Shown in pieces: positions 48,917-63,821 of a DNA stretch of 64,000 bases; positions within the stretch are counted from its first letter, which is position 1; the number at the start of each line of letters is the position of its first letter. Where the stretch lies: NCBI GenBank assembly GCA_012295275.1, contig CM022673.1, forward strand, positions 27,466,001 through 27,530,000. The letters run 5' to 3'. The notes under the pieces were generated by a model. The model made no database searches, was not told the origin of the DNA, and worked only from the letters and a program-made list of their open reading frames with translations. The position numbers and the translations under genes are program-made. The DNA is from Chrysomallon squamiferum (taxonomy: Eukaryota > Animalia > Mollusca).

Positions 48917-49331
48917 CAGTTAGAAAAGAAAGAAAAGAAAAAAAAATCTCATTCTTTAATTTATCTTTCTCTGTTTTATTTCCGTTTGAAAGATCCATGA
49001 TACTTTGTTATGAGCTTTTATTTCATCTTTCCTTTAATCTTTATTACCACTTCAGTTCTGATTGTTTTTAAAAGTTTACCTTGATTTAATTTTGTGTGTT
49101 TTGTTAAGCTTTGATAAGAATATATATCTAAAGAGATTAATGGTACATGCTGTGAACAAAACGTGATTCAAACAGTTTAGTTAGTAATTTCCTTCTTCAG
49201 CGCACGCGCACACACATACACACGCACAGATGTATCTGTATGTTTGTCTGTCTGACTGTCCAGACAATCTGTCGAAAGTAATGTTTTTTTTCAGTTTCAG
49301 CAAGAAATATTTTCAGGACGATAGACCCCCA

Positions 49332-49418
<87 letters not shown>

Positions 49419-49504
49419 TCTCTGTCTCTGTCTCTCATCTATCTCTCTCTTTCCCTCATCTCTCTGTCTCTGTCTGTCTCTCATCTATCTCTCTCTGTCT
49501 CTCA

Positions 49505-49643
<139 letters not shown>

Positions 49644-49714
49644 AGCACAACAATAACATACAGGAACACTCTCAGATTCAGTATAAACTTTATATGATTT
49701 AATACAATGATTTA

Positions 49715-49770
<56 letters not shown>

Positions 49771-50937
49771 ATTTTTCTGAGGTAAAAAAAAAAAAAAATA
49801 AAATAAAATAAAAAAAATGGACACGATGAAAAAGATTTCAAGACAAACTGTGCCAGCTAGAACAGAAAGGAAGAAATCGGAACAGAAATCTAAGTGAACA
49901 GAAAGTTTATTGGCGTGACCGGCTCATTCGTGGAGGCAGACGAGAATAAGTCATACACGCTGAAACATGACCAGTCTAATAAACTGAGAAGCTTGCAGAT
50001 ACAGATGCTGAGAAGTTGAAGATTTGTCCGACAACTTTTCTCAACCACCAAAGAAATCTTAGCTGTTTTGTTGTCTGGGTCAAATTTCGTGTTACCGTGT
50101 GAAACTGCACGTACGCATTTAAAACAACAACAACAACAACAACAACAACAGCAATTCTGAAGAAAAAAAAACTTGTAGTATATAAAAAAATAAAAAAAAA
50201 GAAAAGTAAACTGAAATTGAAAAATCAACAGAAGACAACAGTATTAAACTGATCCGCAAAAACAACAAACTGAAAAAAAAAAAAAGAAAAAAAAAACCCA
50301 GACACACAGAAATGTACATAAAGACGAATATTGTATTGAATTGATATTATCCAGCAGACGACAAAATATTTTATTTAACAGCTCATTTAATCTTTGTCTC
50401 ATTCTCTCTTTATAATAACACCATGAAAGTGGAAAAAAAAAAAGAAAAGAAAAAAGTGAAGAATGAGAGAGAGAAGGATAAAGGAAGGAAAAATAATAAG
50501 AGACATTTAATTTACAGTTAGTTAAGCTTTATTGAAACTTGTACGGCGTTTTAAGTAAAAAAAAACAAAAAAAAACGTTGCTGAGATTAATATGAAATAC
50601 AAGCAAGTCACCGAGATATCGGTTAAAAAAAAAAAAAAAAAAAATGTATTTTATGTCTTCACAGCTCGTATCTTGTTTAGAAGGGTGTTCATGTCACGTA
50701 AAATAAACAAGAGTTAATTTGTATTAGACAAAAAAAAACAACAACAACCCAAAACATAGGACCTCCCAAGAACACTTAAAGATTAATAAATCTTTTCTTT
50801 TAAAGAACATGGATAAAATTCTGTTCATCGATAATTAGGTTTTTCTGACTGATTTATGCGTTTTTTCCTAAATTAAATTATAATAAAAAATATTTTGTTT
50901 CATTTCTTCTATATAAAATAAGAGTGGGAGGGAGGGA

Positions 50938-51027
<90 letters not shown>

Positions 51028-53074
51028 GATTGAAATTTCATGTAGCCAAATGCTATTCTTATTAGTTAACAACGAGAAATCTAATACTTCCATAGATAGG
51101 AAAATCATCATGGCTTTTGAGCACTGCCTGGAATGGGTAAACAGTTTTATATTATGTAGAATTAGTCCAGAGACAAAGCAATCTTCAAGCTGGCACTCTA
51201 ACCACTAAACTACTCGTAGAATACATTTCATTACACATAATAAACACACTTAATTGTGATTCTCGAATACCGCAATGTCCACTCAAGCGAGAAACAATTA
51301 ATGTGAAGTGCAGTATATTCATGTCGGCGATAATTCTAAAGAGGATGACGTCTTGCAACGTCTGCTCAAGCCAGATAGAATTTAACGAGGCGGTGAACGA
51401 TTAATTCAGTCAATCGAGTTAAAACGTCCGTGACAGTGTAAGGTATGTTTATAACCATCATCTGAAAACAGACAGGCAGAGATGTGTTGATAAGCAAACG
51501 TAATTATTAACAGCATGACCATTAGTACCCTGTTTAAAACGTAGTTATGCCTTGTTTACAAATTACTTTCGTACCGACCTTGACCTTGACCTTTTGTGAT
51601 CATTAATTGAAATCTTTGTTGTGGCCATCTAACGGTGGGTGCTTCATGCTCATATTTCTGCTAATTTTTTTTGTTTTATATAAATATATAAATTTAAAAT
51701 TTATTATTTTAATATTACTGACTTACAGTGTTAAAATACTTCAGTTTTCATGGCAAATCTTCTGTTCCGTTTCTGCAACAAACATCTTCTGATCTAGATA
51801 TTTTGTTCGCTTTTCTAATTTCAGCATTTCTTGTTTGACTGGAGCCTTGACATTTGCACAACATTTTTCTAGGAATCCTTACAGATAGCAAATAAGGAAG
51901 AAGTCGGGGAAAAAAAAAAAATAGACGGTAGAAACTTGTGTACGAAATGACGCAGTAAATTATTTTGTTTGCGTAAAGCTAGTGTTAATTTTATGCATGT
52001 ACGTGCTTGTGTTGGTAACTGCATTATTATGAATGTATGTTTGAATTTGACAAACGATTTAATAGAGACAGTTTATTAATGTACATTATGAATATAATTA
52101 ACTCCTTTCTCCACTTGCTGATTCTGTCAATGACGGTGAACTAAAACCGTTGTCCGCGGTTGTCCACACTGACCAGTGCAAGTGGTTGAGACATAAAGTG
52201 TTTTTAAAAAAACAACTAATGTATTAATGCATTCTTTTAGTCTTTAATAGCATCGAGGATTATATCTAATGGTCCTTTACGACCTGTTGTTAAATTACGT
52301 TAAAGTGATTTGCTGGGTTTTTGTAGTTACTTCTTAACTACTTCTTTTCATCAGTAACAAGACGATGTATAAATCAGCTTCTAACAATCCATTTTCTTCT
52401 TGAATCTTACTTAGTAAACTTAATATGTAAATGTTACTGTAAAAAGAAAAAAAAAAGTATATATATATATATATAGGCTAATTTAATTACAAGGTCGACC
52501 ATTAGTTTAAATTCTGACTTGTACAATCGTATCTGAGATGGCTGGATTGTTGGTATTAACACACACACACCTGTTGTTACTCATTACAGACGTACACGAA
52601 ACGTAGACGCAGTCGTACACCGGCTAATTACAGCAGACGTAGTCGATCATGTTGTAGTTTAGAGTTAGCCGACATTGACATTGACGTCTACGCCGTTACC
52701 ATCCACCGGTTCAGCGAATTGTTATCCAGAGAAGACAGGGTTATGAAGAATTAGAGTTTTTAATCAAGACCGAAAAGAAAACGTAGACAGAATTGATTTA
52801 ACAGAAAGAGGTATCTGATATTTTTTCTGATTATTACTGCCTGAAAAAAAAAAAAAAAAAAAAAAAATCTAGAAATGAAAAGAATGATAATAATAAAAAA
52901 AAAAATCGAAGCAAAAAAGAAAAGAAAGAACCAACAATTTGAGCAATGCCGGATTATGTAATAATAAAATATTCACAGAAAAACAGCAAATAATGAGATA
53001 AATAAACTAAAAGCAAACGATAAAGAACAAAAACACAACAGTAAAACCGTAATCACAAAAAACAAACAAACAAC

Positions 53075-53105
<31 letters not shown>

Positions 53106-53734
53106 AAAAATAAAAAAAAAAAAAATAAACAACAGCAAACCCATCTCAGGACAAAAACAACAAGAAAAACATCGATAATTTCATTAAATAAACCAGTGAA
53201 CATTCTAAAATAACTTAGTAAAATACGCATTTCTGAAAGGAAAATACCTCAAATTAACAGAAGAAATCTACGACAACCACTCTGATTGAATTAAGAAGAG
53301 TCACACGCGTAGGAATATGATTTGCTTGTTACAAAACAACTTGAGAGGTCAAAGCGAGATCAATGCGCCTAGCATCGTGTGAGGTGTTTTCGTTACTGTC
53401 GTAATTCCGCGACGACTTCAGTAAACATCTTCCTATATTAGCATTTGAAACTCTCCCGATAATGCGTTCGGTTCTAAATGTCATTTACCCGTGTTTTATC
53501 CTCGATAACCTTACCTCAAAAATGAAACCAGAGAGTGTTTATCTTCTGTTTTTTTTGCCTCTCTCTTCTCGACAAGATGGCTATTGAACTCAAAGAAGGC
53601 GGAATTAAACAATGGTAATAGAATAGTATTAAAATCAGAAGACATTAAATTATTTATCAAGTGTTTGCAGGCTATACGGTGTTATTACTGTTGCCACTTA
53701 CTGAAGAGAAAATGACGTTTTGTATTTTTTTTAA

Positions 53735-53767
<33 letters not shown>

Positions 53768-55880
53768 TTTTTTTGTTGTTGTTGGCGTTGGTTTGCTTTC
53801 ATCATTTCTGAAGGCGAAGACATTTAAGAAGAAGACGAAAAAGAACACGAAACACATCAGACTTTCAAATTGTCTTAATAGTTTAAATCGTTGAGACAAA
53901 AAAATAAAAAAATAAAAAAATAATAAAAAAACAACCAAAAACAACAAAAAAATCAAGAACGAACTGCAGCAGCAACAACAATAACAAAAAAATAATAATA
54001 ATAAACAATCAAACGACAACAGTAATAACATAAATTAAAGAAAGGAAGAAAAAAAAAACCCGTTGTAAAATAATTCATAGCGAAGACGTTGTGTAATACG
54101 AAGTCATGAGAAATTAGGCAGACTAGTTGCGAAACATGTGTTAGACTGATGCTGAACATGTGTTCGTCATGGTTTCCCTTCATGTGTAATAAACCTTGAC
54201 TGCATTTACAGAGAAAAAAAAAAAAAAAAAAAGAAAGAAAGTAAAATGTTTAAAATATAAATGGAGAAAAATAATAGTAAAAAACAGGTATATATATTTG
54301 AGTGTATGTTTTTGTGTGTGTATGTAAGTATGTATATATATATGTGTGTATGTATTTACACATGAATATGTGCACATATACCCATATATGCATATCTACA
54401 TACCTATATCCTACATATACACATGCAGAAATACAGACAGAGAGACAGCCGTCTTGCAATTTTTACAGCTTCTAATAATAGTTTTGAAACATTCACATAC
54501 TTTTTTTCTTCTTTTTTTTTCTAAACTGTTTAACTTCTTGTCGCGTTTTGCATTCTGCATGGAATAAAAACTCCTAAAAATCTGAACGTCACCGACATTC
54601 GTGTCAGCTTTCCGCAAAAATTTCATTAACACGAAATTGGGATTCGTTTTCACTCAGAGAATATGCTGACATTTGGAGAGGTCTCGTGGGAAAAATTAGA
54701 ATAAATGAAAACCACCTGTTGGGATATCATTAGGAAATTCAGAAGATTTAAAAAAAAAAAAAAAAAAAAATATATTTTTAAAAATAATGATGCAGTTATT
54801 AATGAATTCGGAAGAAGAAGAAGAAGAAGAAAAAAAAGACTGATGAAAAATCTAACACTCAGAACGAAGGCTCCAGTAAAATGGAATTCTCCATTATTGG
54901 CTCAATTTCTTGGAACGTTTTTTTTTTTCTGTAAAGTTAAAATAAATATTTACTCATCTTCCAGTATTGTGTAATGATTTGCAGTTTGGTTCGCATCCAG
55001 GTACATCTTTAAAAAAAACTACGTTATTACCTTGGTAGTTTTGTTAATTTTGTTTTCTGCTCTTTTTAAAAGAAATTGTTTTTATTCAGTAGGATATACA
55101 AACCGAGTTATTGCATAGCATGAAGGGGGCTAAAATTAACAAATAAACAATTGTTGTCTGAAACGCTAAAGTGTTGTTGAAAGAACGAATAAATAATAGG
55201 CTACCGATACCTCAACACGTTTGAATATTAACGGTTTTTAAACTGTCAGTTATAATCATGGTCTTTTACACATTAACGAAAACATTATGAGAGGAATAAC
55301 TCATTATCTGGACTCCAAAGATTGTTTCTGTTGATGAACAAAAAGAAATAATTTATATGCACTTTTTTTTCCCGTTCTCGAGAAAACAGTTTGTTTGATA
55401 GACCAGTTACGGAGTTTAAGCTGGAAAGAAAAAAGACAAAATAATTAACTTGCTACATCTTGAGACGAGATTTGATCTTCCGACCTGTCATAACGCACAG
55501 TCTTGCACTTAAACCACGGGAACTTCGGCTCAAATTTCTTTGTATTTGATCATATGAATGCAGACTTTACGAATCCTGTATCACTTCATGTTTTCAAATG
55601 CAACCGTCTTCATTTTTAAACCTTTTATTTACGTCTGGTCGTAGCATTTTACGCGGCTCATAACATCCGTGTCATCATTTATTACGCTATACTTTGTAAC
55701 ATCGAAGATGCTTGTAAACATATTCATTCAACTTTCAAAATATCTGACAGTTTTGATGATCGTCATTGACTGATTCAGTTTTAGTGCTAGTGCAAATTAT
55801 GAAAATAAAGAAACCAGTCATCTAGATAAATAAATACAAACGCAACAACAGCAAAACAAAAAGTTTGTAATAAAATACAG

Positions 55881-56212
55881 CAGAGGTCACCAACCATTTT
55901 GAAGATGAGAGGCTGCTTCATAGGTCCTGAGTCACACGAAGGGCTATCAGCTTGTTACACTCTTCTGAAATAACAGATTTGTTCAGTTTATCTTTAGTTA
56001 TATTATTATTATTAATGATACCCATCTATGTGAAGACACTGATCATGTTAATGATTTCTCACAGTAATTATCACCAGTGACTTAACAAGGTTGGATACAG
56101 ATAATATCGATATTCAAGCTTTAATTCTATTGATCTCAGTAATTGTTTAAATATTTTAGGAACAGGCCTGGGGGTGACCTGGTGCACGCGGTTACCGTGT
56201 TAATGATCCCTG
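55881..56212 (+). mobile_element. 332-bp hAT-type MITE
   Basis: Imperfect 14-bp TIRs CAGAGGTCACCAAC and GTTAATGATCCCTG (10/14 match, consensus CAGGGGTCACCAAC). 8-bp target-site duplication AAATACAG (55873-55880) / AAATACAC (56213-56220). Confidence 0.85.
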
Positions 56213-56563
56213 AAATACACATTTACTGATAACCTGTTATTAAAAAGGTATTCTCCCATTTGTCACACGTCCGATTCATCGGACAGTGTTTACTCATAAA
56301 CAACGAACACGTCAGATCTTAAAATATAATTATTCAAAAGACTGCGTTGAATGTTAGAATTGAAACTACAAAAAAAAAATAAAAAAAAAAAATAAAAAAA
56401 TAAAAATAAATTATAAAAAAGCAAGAAACAGAAAAAACCCCAAATGAAATTGAAATTAAGTCTATTCAAAGCGCCATCATTGTAAACCTGTTACAGTACA
56501 AGAAATACTTCTCGTGTATTCGTTTACTTTTGGTTACATGATAATTGTATTTTCTTCTGTTAA

Positions 56564-56622
56564 TATCCGAAATTCTTGGGACCGGAAGTGTTTCTGATTT
56601 CGAAATTGTTCGGATTTTGGAA
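56564..56622 (+). mobile_element. Fragment of a Tigger/pogo (TcMar) subterminal region
   Basis: TATCCGAAATTCTTGGGACCGGAAGTGTTTCTGATTTCGAAATTGTTCGGATTTTGGAA resembles the Tigger4/MER46-type end as recalled from memory. The terminal TIR and TA duplication are not visible. Confidence 0.5.
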
Positions 56623-58094
56623 CATAAAGAAGGTCAAAAGGATCTAAGACTAAAAGCTAATTCTATTTATACCACTGATGTAAGGCTTTTCTCTGCAGAA
56701 TTTTGTATATAATACTTTTAATAAATTTGTATATGTGCGAAATAATCCGAGAATTGTATGATATCACTAGAAGTAGAAGACTATAAATATTTAAAAACAT
56801 ACAGTCAATTAAAAAAAAAAAACGAAAAAAAAAAAACAGTGTTAAATTTGTTTCTACCTCAGCTTTGTACACGTTCATTTGGTCAGTTTTATAAAAGCTA
56901 TTAGCAGTAAAAAGAAATCAAAGTGAGTACGTGCTGGAACAGAAGTGAGCGTTTCTGACCATCGATCACTCGGTCTGAAGTTGTCGACAGCGAGTCACTG
57001 ATTGACTTCCAAGTTGGTTATTTTTAATTTTTTTAAATTTATACTGTTGGCTGAGCATCAGCAAAAATTATCGTCAGAAGTCTTCAATGTAAATGAACTA
57101 AACGGGTCAAATAGCCAAGTATGATTAAGCTTTACCCATTGACCTCCATATCAAAGACATTACCAGCTTGTTGGATGCGACTGGAGCCGCTGCTTGAAGA
57201 TTATCAAGTTGTTTTTCAAGAGATGTACAAATAGAGGCCGTGATCGTGTAAACACACCCAAGAAAACTGCAGTAGTGTTTCTTTAGAATCTTTCTGCACT
57301 CGCGAATGTTGCTTGTGTAGTTTTGAGCTTCTTTTTTTTATTTTGTTTTATTTTATTGCAATAGAGGAGATGGTCTCTGATTTCAGATCTAGAGAGATCA
57401 GTTGATTTTTATGTCGATTTTTGGTTTTATAGCGGAGAAAGAATTAGGTAAGTTCTGATGGACACGAATTAGCTGGGAGCATTAAAACTAGTAATAAGTA
57501 ATTGAATAAGAAAACAAATAAAATAGTAAAATATACAAGTGGATTAGGAAATTGGAATGCAACAGCAAGAAGAAAACTTTCAAATACCATCAATAACAAA
57601 CAGAACCACTCAAAAAAAAAAAAAAACAAACGAAACCAATTCACGAATACAGATAACTATAATCCGTCAAATAATCTCCGTAAAAGCCACGAACAACAAA
57701 CTTTCATTAAACCTTGAAAATACCATTAACAACAAAAACAGTGTCCCCCACCAAATCTTGCAAATACCACTAATAACAAAAGCAATAACCCCACCAAACT
57801 GTGCAAATGTCACCAACAACAAACAATACATCCATCAAACCTTGCAAATAAATGCCACCATGAACAACAACAACAAAAACCCCAACAACAACAAATCCTT
57901 GAAAAAATATTTTGTTTTTTTTTCGGCTCGTATATTTTGTCTGAAGAGTGTCGATTACAAAACGGAATTAGGCGTATCACGATAATTGAGCTCTCTTGTA
58001 CAACGTCGTAGATAAGGAGTTTGACAGTAAGAGTTCTCCTCGCAGTGTCTAATGAGCGGAGTCTGCGCTTTGACGGACAAGGGCGCTGCTATCG

Positions 58095-58258
58095 TGACGT
58101 CATCTCAACGTTTTTTTATCGGCTGTTCATCCGGGACCGGCCAGATGTTCTTCCGAATATGACTGTGCTGTACTTTCTCGATTCCGCAGACATTTATAAA
58201 CCGCGTGCAGAAGAGTAATATAACTTACCCTGCTCAAGATGAAAAATGATAGAGAGGT
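58095..58258 (+). promoter_or_regulatory. Candidate compact promoter: palindromic CRE, TATA box, short first exon and splice donor
   Basis: TGACGTCA 58095-58102, TATAAA 58195-58200, caagATG at 58239 (MKNDRE), then GAG|gtgaga, in a CpG-rich island. Downstream gene not identified. Confidence 0.4.
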
Positions 58259-58624
58259 GAGAAAATTAAGAAGAGGAAGCCAAGGGAACGGAATTTGATT
58301 TACTGACATATGAGAATTACGTTTTATTTATGTGCCAAGATGATATCAGTTTCGTGTTGTCAGTGGTGTGTTGTCGGTTCAGGTAATAAATAAAGAGGTA
58401 TCATTTCGTAGACGCTTCCAGATTAAAATTAATTAATATTAATGACACGTTATTCACAATATACACGATGATGATACTTTGCAATTTTTAACAGTTTCGA
58501 AAGGAAAGAATGAAATAGAGAAGAACAGAATTGGGAGAAAAAGACAGAAGGGTAGATAGATATATGTAAACAGATAGATATGTGGATAGATGGATAGAGA
58601 GATAGAGAGAGAAAGACACAGAAA

Positions 58625-58697
<73 letters not shown>

Positions 58698-59302
58698 CTT
58701 ACAATTAATGAGAACCAAATAGTCACTTTTATCTTTTAAAACCCTTACACTCGAATAAAAACAAATGAAAGATTTTAAAACGTCATCTATCAATTCATAT
58801 AAATATACTTTAAGCTATACAATTCCTTGTTGACTACTCTACTACAGAAAAAATAAACAACAACATGATGTTGACTGTAATTCCGGCGCCAAATTTGGCT
58901 AACTGTTTTTCATTAAGTAATGTATGGTATGTCGCTAAGTCCAAGTAACATTCTCGTTCTTGTAAGGTCAGCGCCAGGAGATACGTGAAAACGATTTGAA
59001 ATAATTTCTATTAACGATTTTTACCGACACGAGCTGAAAGCAAATTCGTGTTCGGTGACCAGGTAATGATCGTAGCGGACCTTTCCGATCGTCATTCGGT
59101 GAAACTCGTGTCCATCTCGCTCTGATTTTATTCTTCGCGATAAAGATTATCGTTAAATGCTTCAGAAGCGTAAAGGAAAATTAATTGGCATGGTGGACAT
59201 AATTAAATTTTATATTATTTTTAGTGTTTTTCATTTCGTCTGAAACTTAAGTTGGCTGTTCACGGGTAAACGCGCTCCACAATTTCTATTACATTAAATA
59301 CA

Positions 59303-59409
<107 letters not shown>

Positions 59410-59500
59410 CTGTCTGTAAGTCTGTGTGTTCAGATTCTCTCGCTTCCACAGATTTCTGCTGTCAGACACATGAAGCGACTATCAGATATAAGAACTCGCG

Positions 59501-59513
59501 AGGTCAAAGGTCA
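59501..59513 (+). promoter_or_regulatory. Perfect DR1 nuclear-receptor element AGGTCA-A-AGGTCA
   Basis: Exact consensus match; function untested, and it overlaps a candidate exon. Confidence 0.35.
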
Positions 59514-61010
59514 GAGTTAACCTCGCCATTATTTGCCCCGGGCTACTTTAGGTGAGAGGCAAGGACATGTCGCTAGCATTACCATCTACAATAGTTTAAT
59601 ATCTGAGGTACCAATAATTTTCAGTATGATTCCATCAGTATAATTAATTAACGATGTGAGATCTTACATATAATCATATCATTAATTTTCTGTGTATATG
59701 ATTAACAATTAACACCTGATAATTTCGTAATTTCATTCCCATCTCTATAATTAACGATACATATTACATCTGATGTACTTATAATTGCTTGAGTCTTTAT
59801 TGCAACATTTGCGAGTGCTTAAACTTTCTAAAGAAGCACTGCAGAAATCTGCGTGGGCGCCTTTATGGTCTTCTTCTGTGCAATTAACAGTAAATGTTAT
59901 GATATCTGACATATTGGTCATTATTTGTATCGCAGTCTCTGTGTAATTAACAATCTGATGTTTAATAATTCTTGCGTGATATTTGACTTACTGATAATTT
60001 ATCATTACAGTCTGTATAACTGACTAATATCTGACAGGAGTCTTGTATTTATATCTGACGTATGAAATATCTATCTATCTCTATCTGTCTATCTATCTAT
60101 CTCTATCTGTCTATCTATCTATCTCTATCTATCTCTATCTATCTCTGTCTATCTATCTACCTACCTAAACTTAGCAAATCATTATCATTATGGCATTAAT
60201 AAAAGGTTTACCATATTATTATTATTTTTATTTTTTTACTATAATGTTTATGGTCACTATTTTTAATTTGATTTGCTAGGCATTGAAGTTAGTAAAATAA
60301 ACAAATTAATATGCTTTTTAAATTTAATCTGAATTCGTGTGTTTACATCGTGAGAACAATTATGGAGATTAATATGATTTGAGAATAATAATAATAAAAA
60401 AATAAAGTCCCATCTCCAATACACATATTCACAGAACTACACACATACATACACATACACACGCACATACACAAATAAATTAAAAACGCAAAAAATCAAT
60501 AAACAATAATTAATGTTTTAAAAAAAACATTTACAGAGACTTCGATGGTTGACTTAAATAAACACATAATTAAAGATGTAAATAACTTTATATTTTAATC
60601 TTGTTGTGATTAATATTAATGAGCAGTTGAAGACTACAAAAATCAAATATTAAATAATAATCAAAAGATATTAATATATATATATATATTAATCTGCTTT
60701 CATTCAGTGATCTTCATAAATGGAATTTTTGAACTCAAAATAAATAAACACGAAAGAAAAATAAACAAACAAAAAAACCATGATATAACAAGAAAAGAAA
60801 TGTATATCTATTTAAGATTTTTTCGTCTACTTGTTTATCTGTAGTGATTCAGTAATGTAATATGTTTGTTTGTTTTTGTAAGCAGGTGAAATGCAAACGT
60901 GGTTTGGAAGCGAAACTCCTTTAAAATACGATAAAAAAATAAAAAAAATATCTAAAATATATATATATATATATATATTTGTCTTAACCGTCAGATAACT
61001 TAAAAGGTAA

Positions 61011-61104
<94 letters not shown>

Positions 61105-61779
61105 CGAAAAGATGGAAAGAATAAAAAAAACAGTTTTCACATACTTCTGTTTTATTCCATGTCTGTTTTACGAGGACACGAAAGTTGAAACCCACTGTCG
61201 CCATTACGTCGGCTAACTTTATCGATTATTAGCAAATTATTCTTCATTAATATCATGATAACAAAACTCGCAATGTCACTATTAACGAAACAGTTTAACA
61301 GGAACACTGAGAAACAGTGGTACGGCTGTTAGCCCATTCTTCAGACAGTGTCATCCCACTTACCCAAAAACCTAACCAAATCAGTCTATTACAACAACAT
61401 TGGGTTTTGGCTAGGTGGGATTTGGGTGGTATGGGATTAACTTTGGTCAGTCTGTTGTATTCGTGTTGTAGTCTGTTTCAATACCTCAGGGTTGTCCCTA
61501 AAAGGGATGGCAAGTTTGCATAATTCTCGTGAGTATCTGGGTGTAATGAAAAAAAACAACCTGTGTGGGTAATTGTTACATGACTTGTACATCTGTTAGT
61601 AATAATAACCTTTTATTAATACACTGGTTTTAAAAGTAATATTAGTCTCTCATAAGCCATACTATCTACCTGATAACCCTTCCTCATAAATGGTAGGTAC
61701 AGGAGCTGACTTGGTTGGCTTTTAAACTGTACATGACTATCTGTTCACTCAATGCCATCCAGTTATTTTGCAGTATTCT

Positions 61780-62010
61780 ATTCACTCATATGTACACACT
61801 CATCAACATGACTACCAGAGTACTGCTAGCTACCGAGCTATATTCAATTAATATCAACATGGACAACAGCCTGTAATACCAATGTTAATATTCCCTGAAT
61901 TTTATTCACTCATATACACTCATCAGCATCACTACCAGAGTACTGCTATCTACTGAACTATATTTACTTAATATAACAAACGGACCATAGCCCTTAATAC
62001 CAATTTACTA
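61780..62010. repeat. Two-copy diverged duplication, unit about 120 bp
   Basis: ATTCACTCATAT..ACACTCATCA.CAT.ACTACCAGAGTACTGCTA.CTAC.GA.CTATATT...TAATACCAAT occurs twice. Confidence 0.85.
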
Positions 62011-62078
62011 TCAAAACATTTGGCCCAGGTATCCCAACATCATTTTGGCTATGTGGGAGACTGATTTTTTAACTTTTA

Positions 62079-62142
62079 GGCTAGATGGGAGTGAACCCTT
62101 CAGACCTGCGCCCTATCACTGAATTACGACCTTCACCTAGCC
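62079..62142 (-). mobile_element. Possible degenerate tRNA-derived (SINE-head-like) segment
   Basis: Minus strand GGCTAGGTGAAGGTCGTAATTCAGTGATAGGGCGCAGGTCTGAAGGGTTCACTCCCATCTAGCC has an A-box-like TAATTCAGTGA, a B-box-like GGTTCACTCCC and complementary ends. Box spacing is too short for a true tRNA. Confidence 0.3.
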
Positions 62143-62790
62143 GTTAACAGTATTTGGCGGGAACAGAACTCTGGTAGCAGACGACAAAAGACGATTCTTA
62201 GCTTTCGTTTTTTTTTTGTTTTTTTTTCTTCGCGAACATGAAACAAACAAACCTGCAAAATTTACTCGTATAAACACCGGATTACAGTTTTCATTGTTAA
62301 AATAAATTTAACTTTTTTTAATATTTTTTTTTAATATATTTTTTGGAATCAATACTTCATAAAAAAAAAGAAGAAAAAGAAGAAATAATAAAATCTTTAT
62401 TAGAAGCGCGTGTAGAAAGGTTACCAGACATTAACACGGTAAACAAGATGCTTTACACAATAATACAAACATTCTCCAGTTTGCAAGACGCCATTCATTC
62501 AGATTATGTAAGCGACTTGACTGGAATGTGTGATGAATCGCGTGTTTATTTGTGGATTTGTGTAGGATGCTGGTCGCACCTCTTTGTGTAAATCGAATTT
62601 AGAGGTTGCTATATGTGTGTACAAGCGCTGTCTGAGTCCTGTACAAGGTAAACTCGCGGGTTAATGCGTGTAGGAAGCAATTAATAACAACAACAGCAGA
62701 AGTAATAAATATAACAGGAATATAAAAGAAAGTAAATTGAGCGGACTGAATGCTCCGGAACCAATATTTTAGAAGTGAATTAACAACAGC

Positions 62791-62874
<84 letters not shown>

Positions 62875-63786
62875 AATAATAATAATAAAACACAAAACAA
62901 ACAAACAGAAAAGAAAAAAGGAAAAAAATAATAAGTTATTAAAAAACAAAAACAAACAAAAAACATCCATACCAAAATAATAATGACATTTTAAATAATA
63001 AATTAACCGAAAAAGCAAGAAATAATAATAAATATAAATAACACAACAATAAATAACTTTAATAATACATCCTAAAACTAAAACAAACAGAAACATAACA
63101 TAACATGGACGAAAACGGAGCAATTATACAAAAAAAATAAAAAATATAAAAAATAAAAAATAAAAAATTAAACAAAATGAAAAAACAAAAACAATCGACT
63201 GTTTTGAAGCAGTATCAACAGCTCGAAGAAAATGAACTGAATAACATGGCGCACACACTCATTTCTTAACCAACCTGACAAATGTCTTAAAACGTTAAAT
63301 ACTAACAGCAAACTGAGGTAACCACACATTCTAACCAATACAGAACAAATTAAAGAAAACATGCAAATCAAACTAATCGCAAATAACATTGAAAAAAAAA
63401 AAAAAACAACATCACTTCACTTGGCAAACCATGATGATCATGAATCTTGTAGATAAGAAAATACAATTATCGACAATTTGTTTTATTATTATCTTTTTTA
63501 AGAGGATACAAGTGTGCACTCGAAAAGACACTACCATACGACTCAAGAAGCAAAAAACATTTTCAGTATTTTTGAAGCTGTTCGTTTCTAGTTTAACTCT
63601 TCAATTAAATTCAGAAACTGGTAACCAGTCTTCTAACGATGCCATTCGAATCTACCTAATTTCTCGTAAAAAACTTTAAGCATTATAGCCTTTTAATGAC
63701 ATTAGTTTTGAGTTTCGGCAGAAGTGAAAAATTTCAGTGATAATCAAGGTCTTGTTACTGTCTATTTTGCCATGAGGAAAAGAAAC

Positions 63787-63821
<35 letters not shown>

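Noticed and set aside
49890-50228. Second poly-Cys ORF (NCCCCCCCCCCFKC) upstream of the polycysteine gene
   Set aside because: Encoded by a nearly pure (TGT)n/(ACA)n microsatellite, with no signal exon or donor found and no similarity to the real gene beyond the run.
62079-62142. Functional tRNA gene
   Set aside because: No anticodon arm of proper length and the boxes are degenerate; kept only as a weak SINE-like relic.
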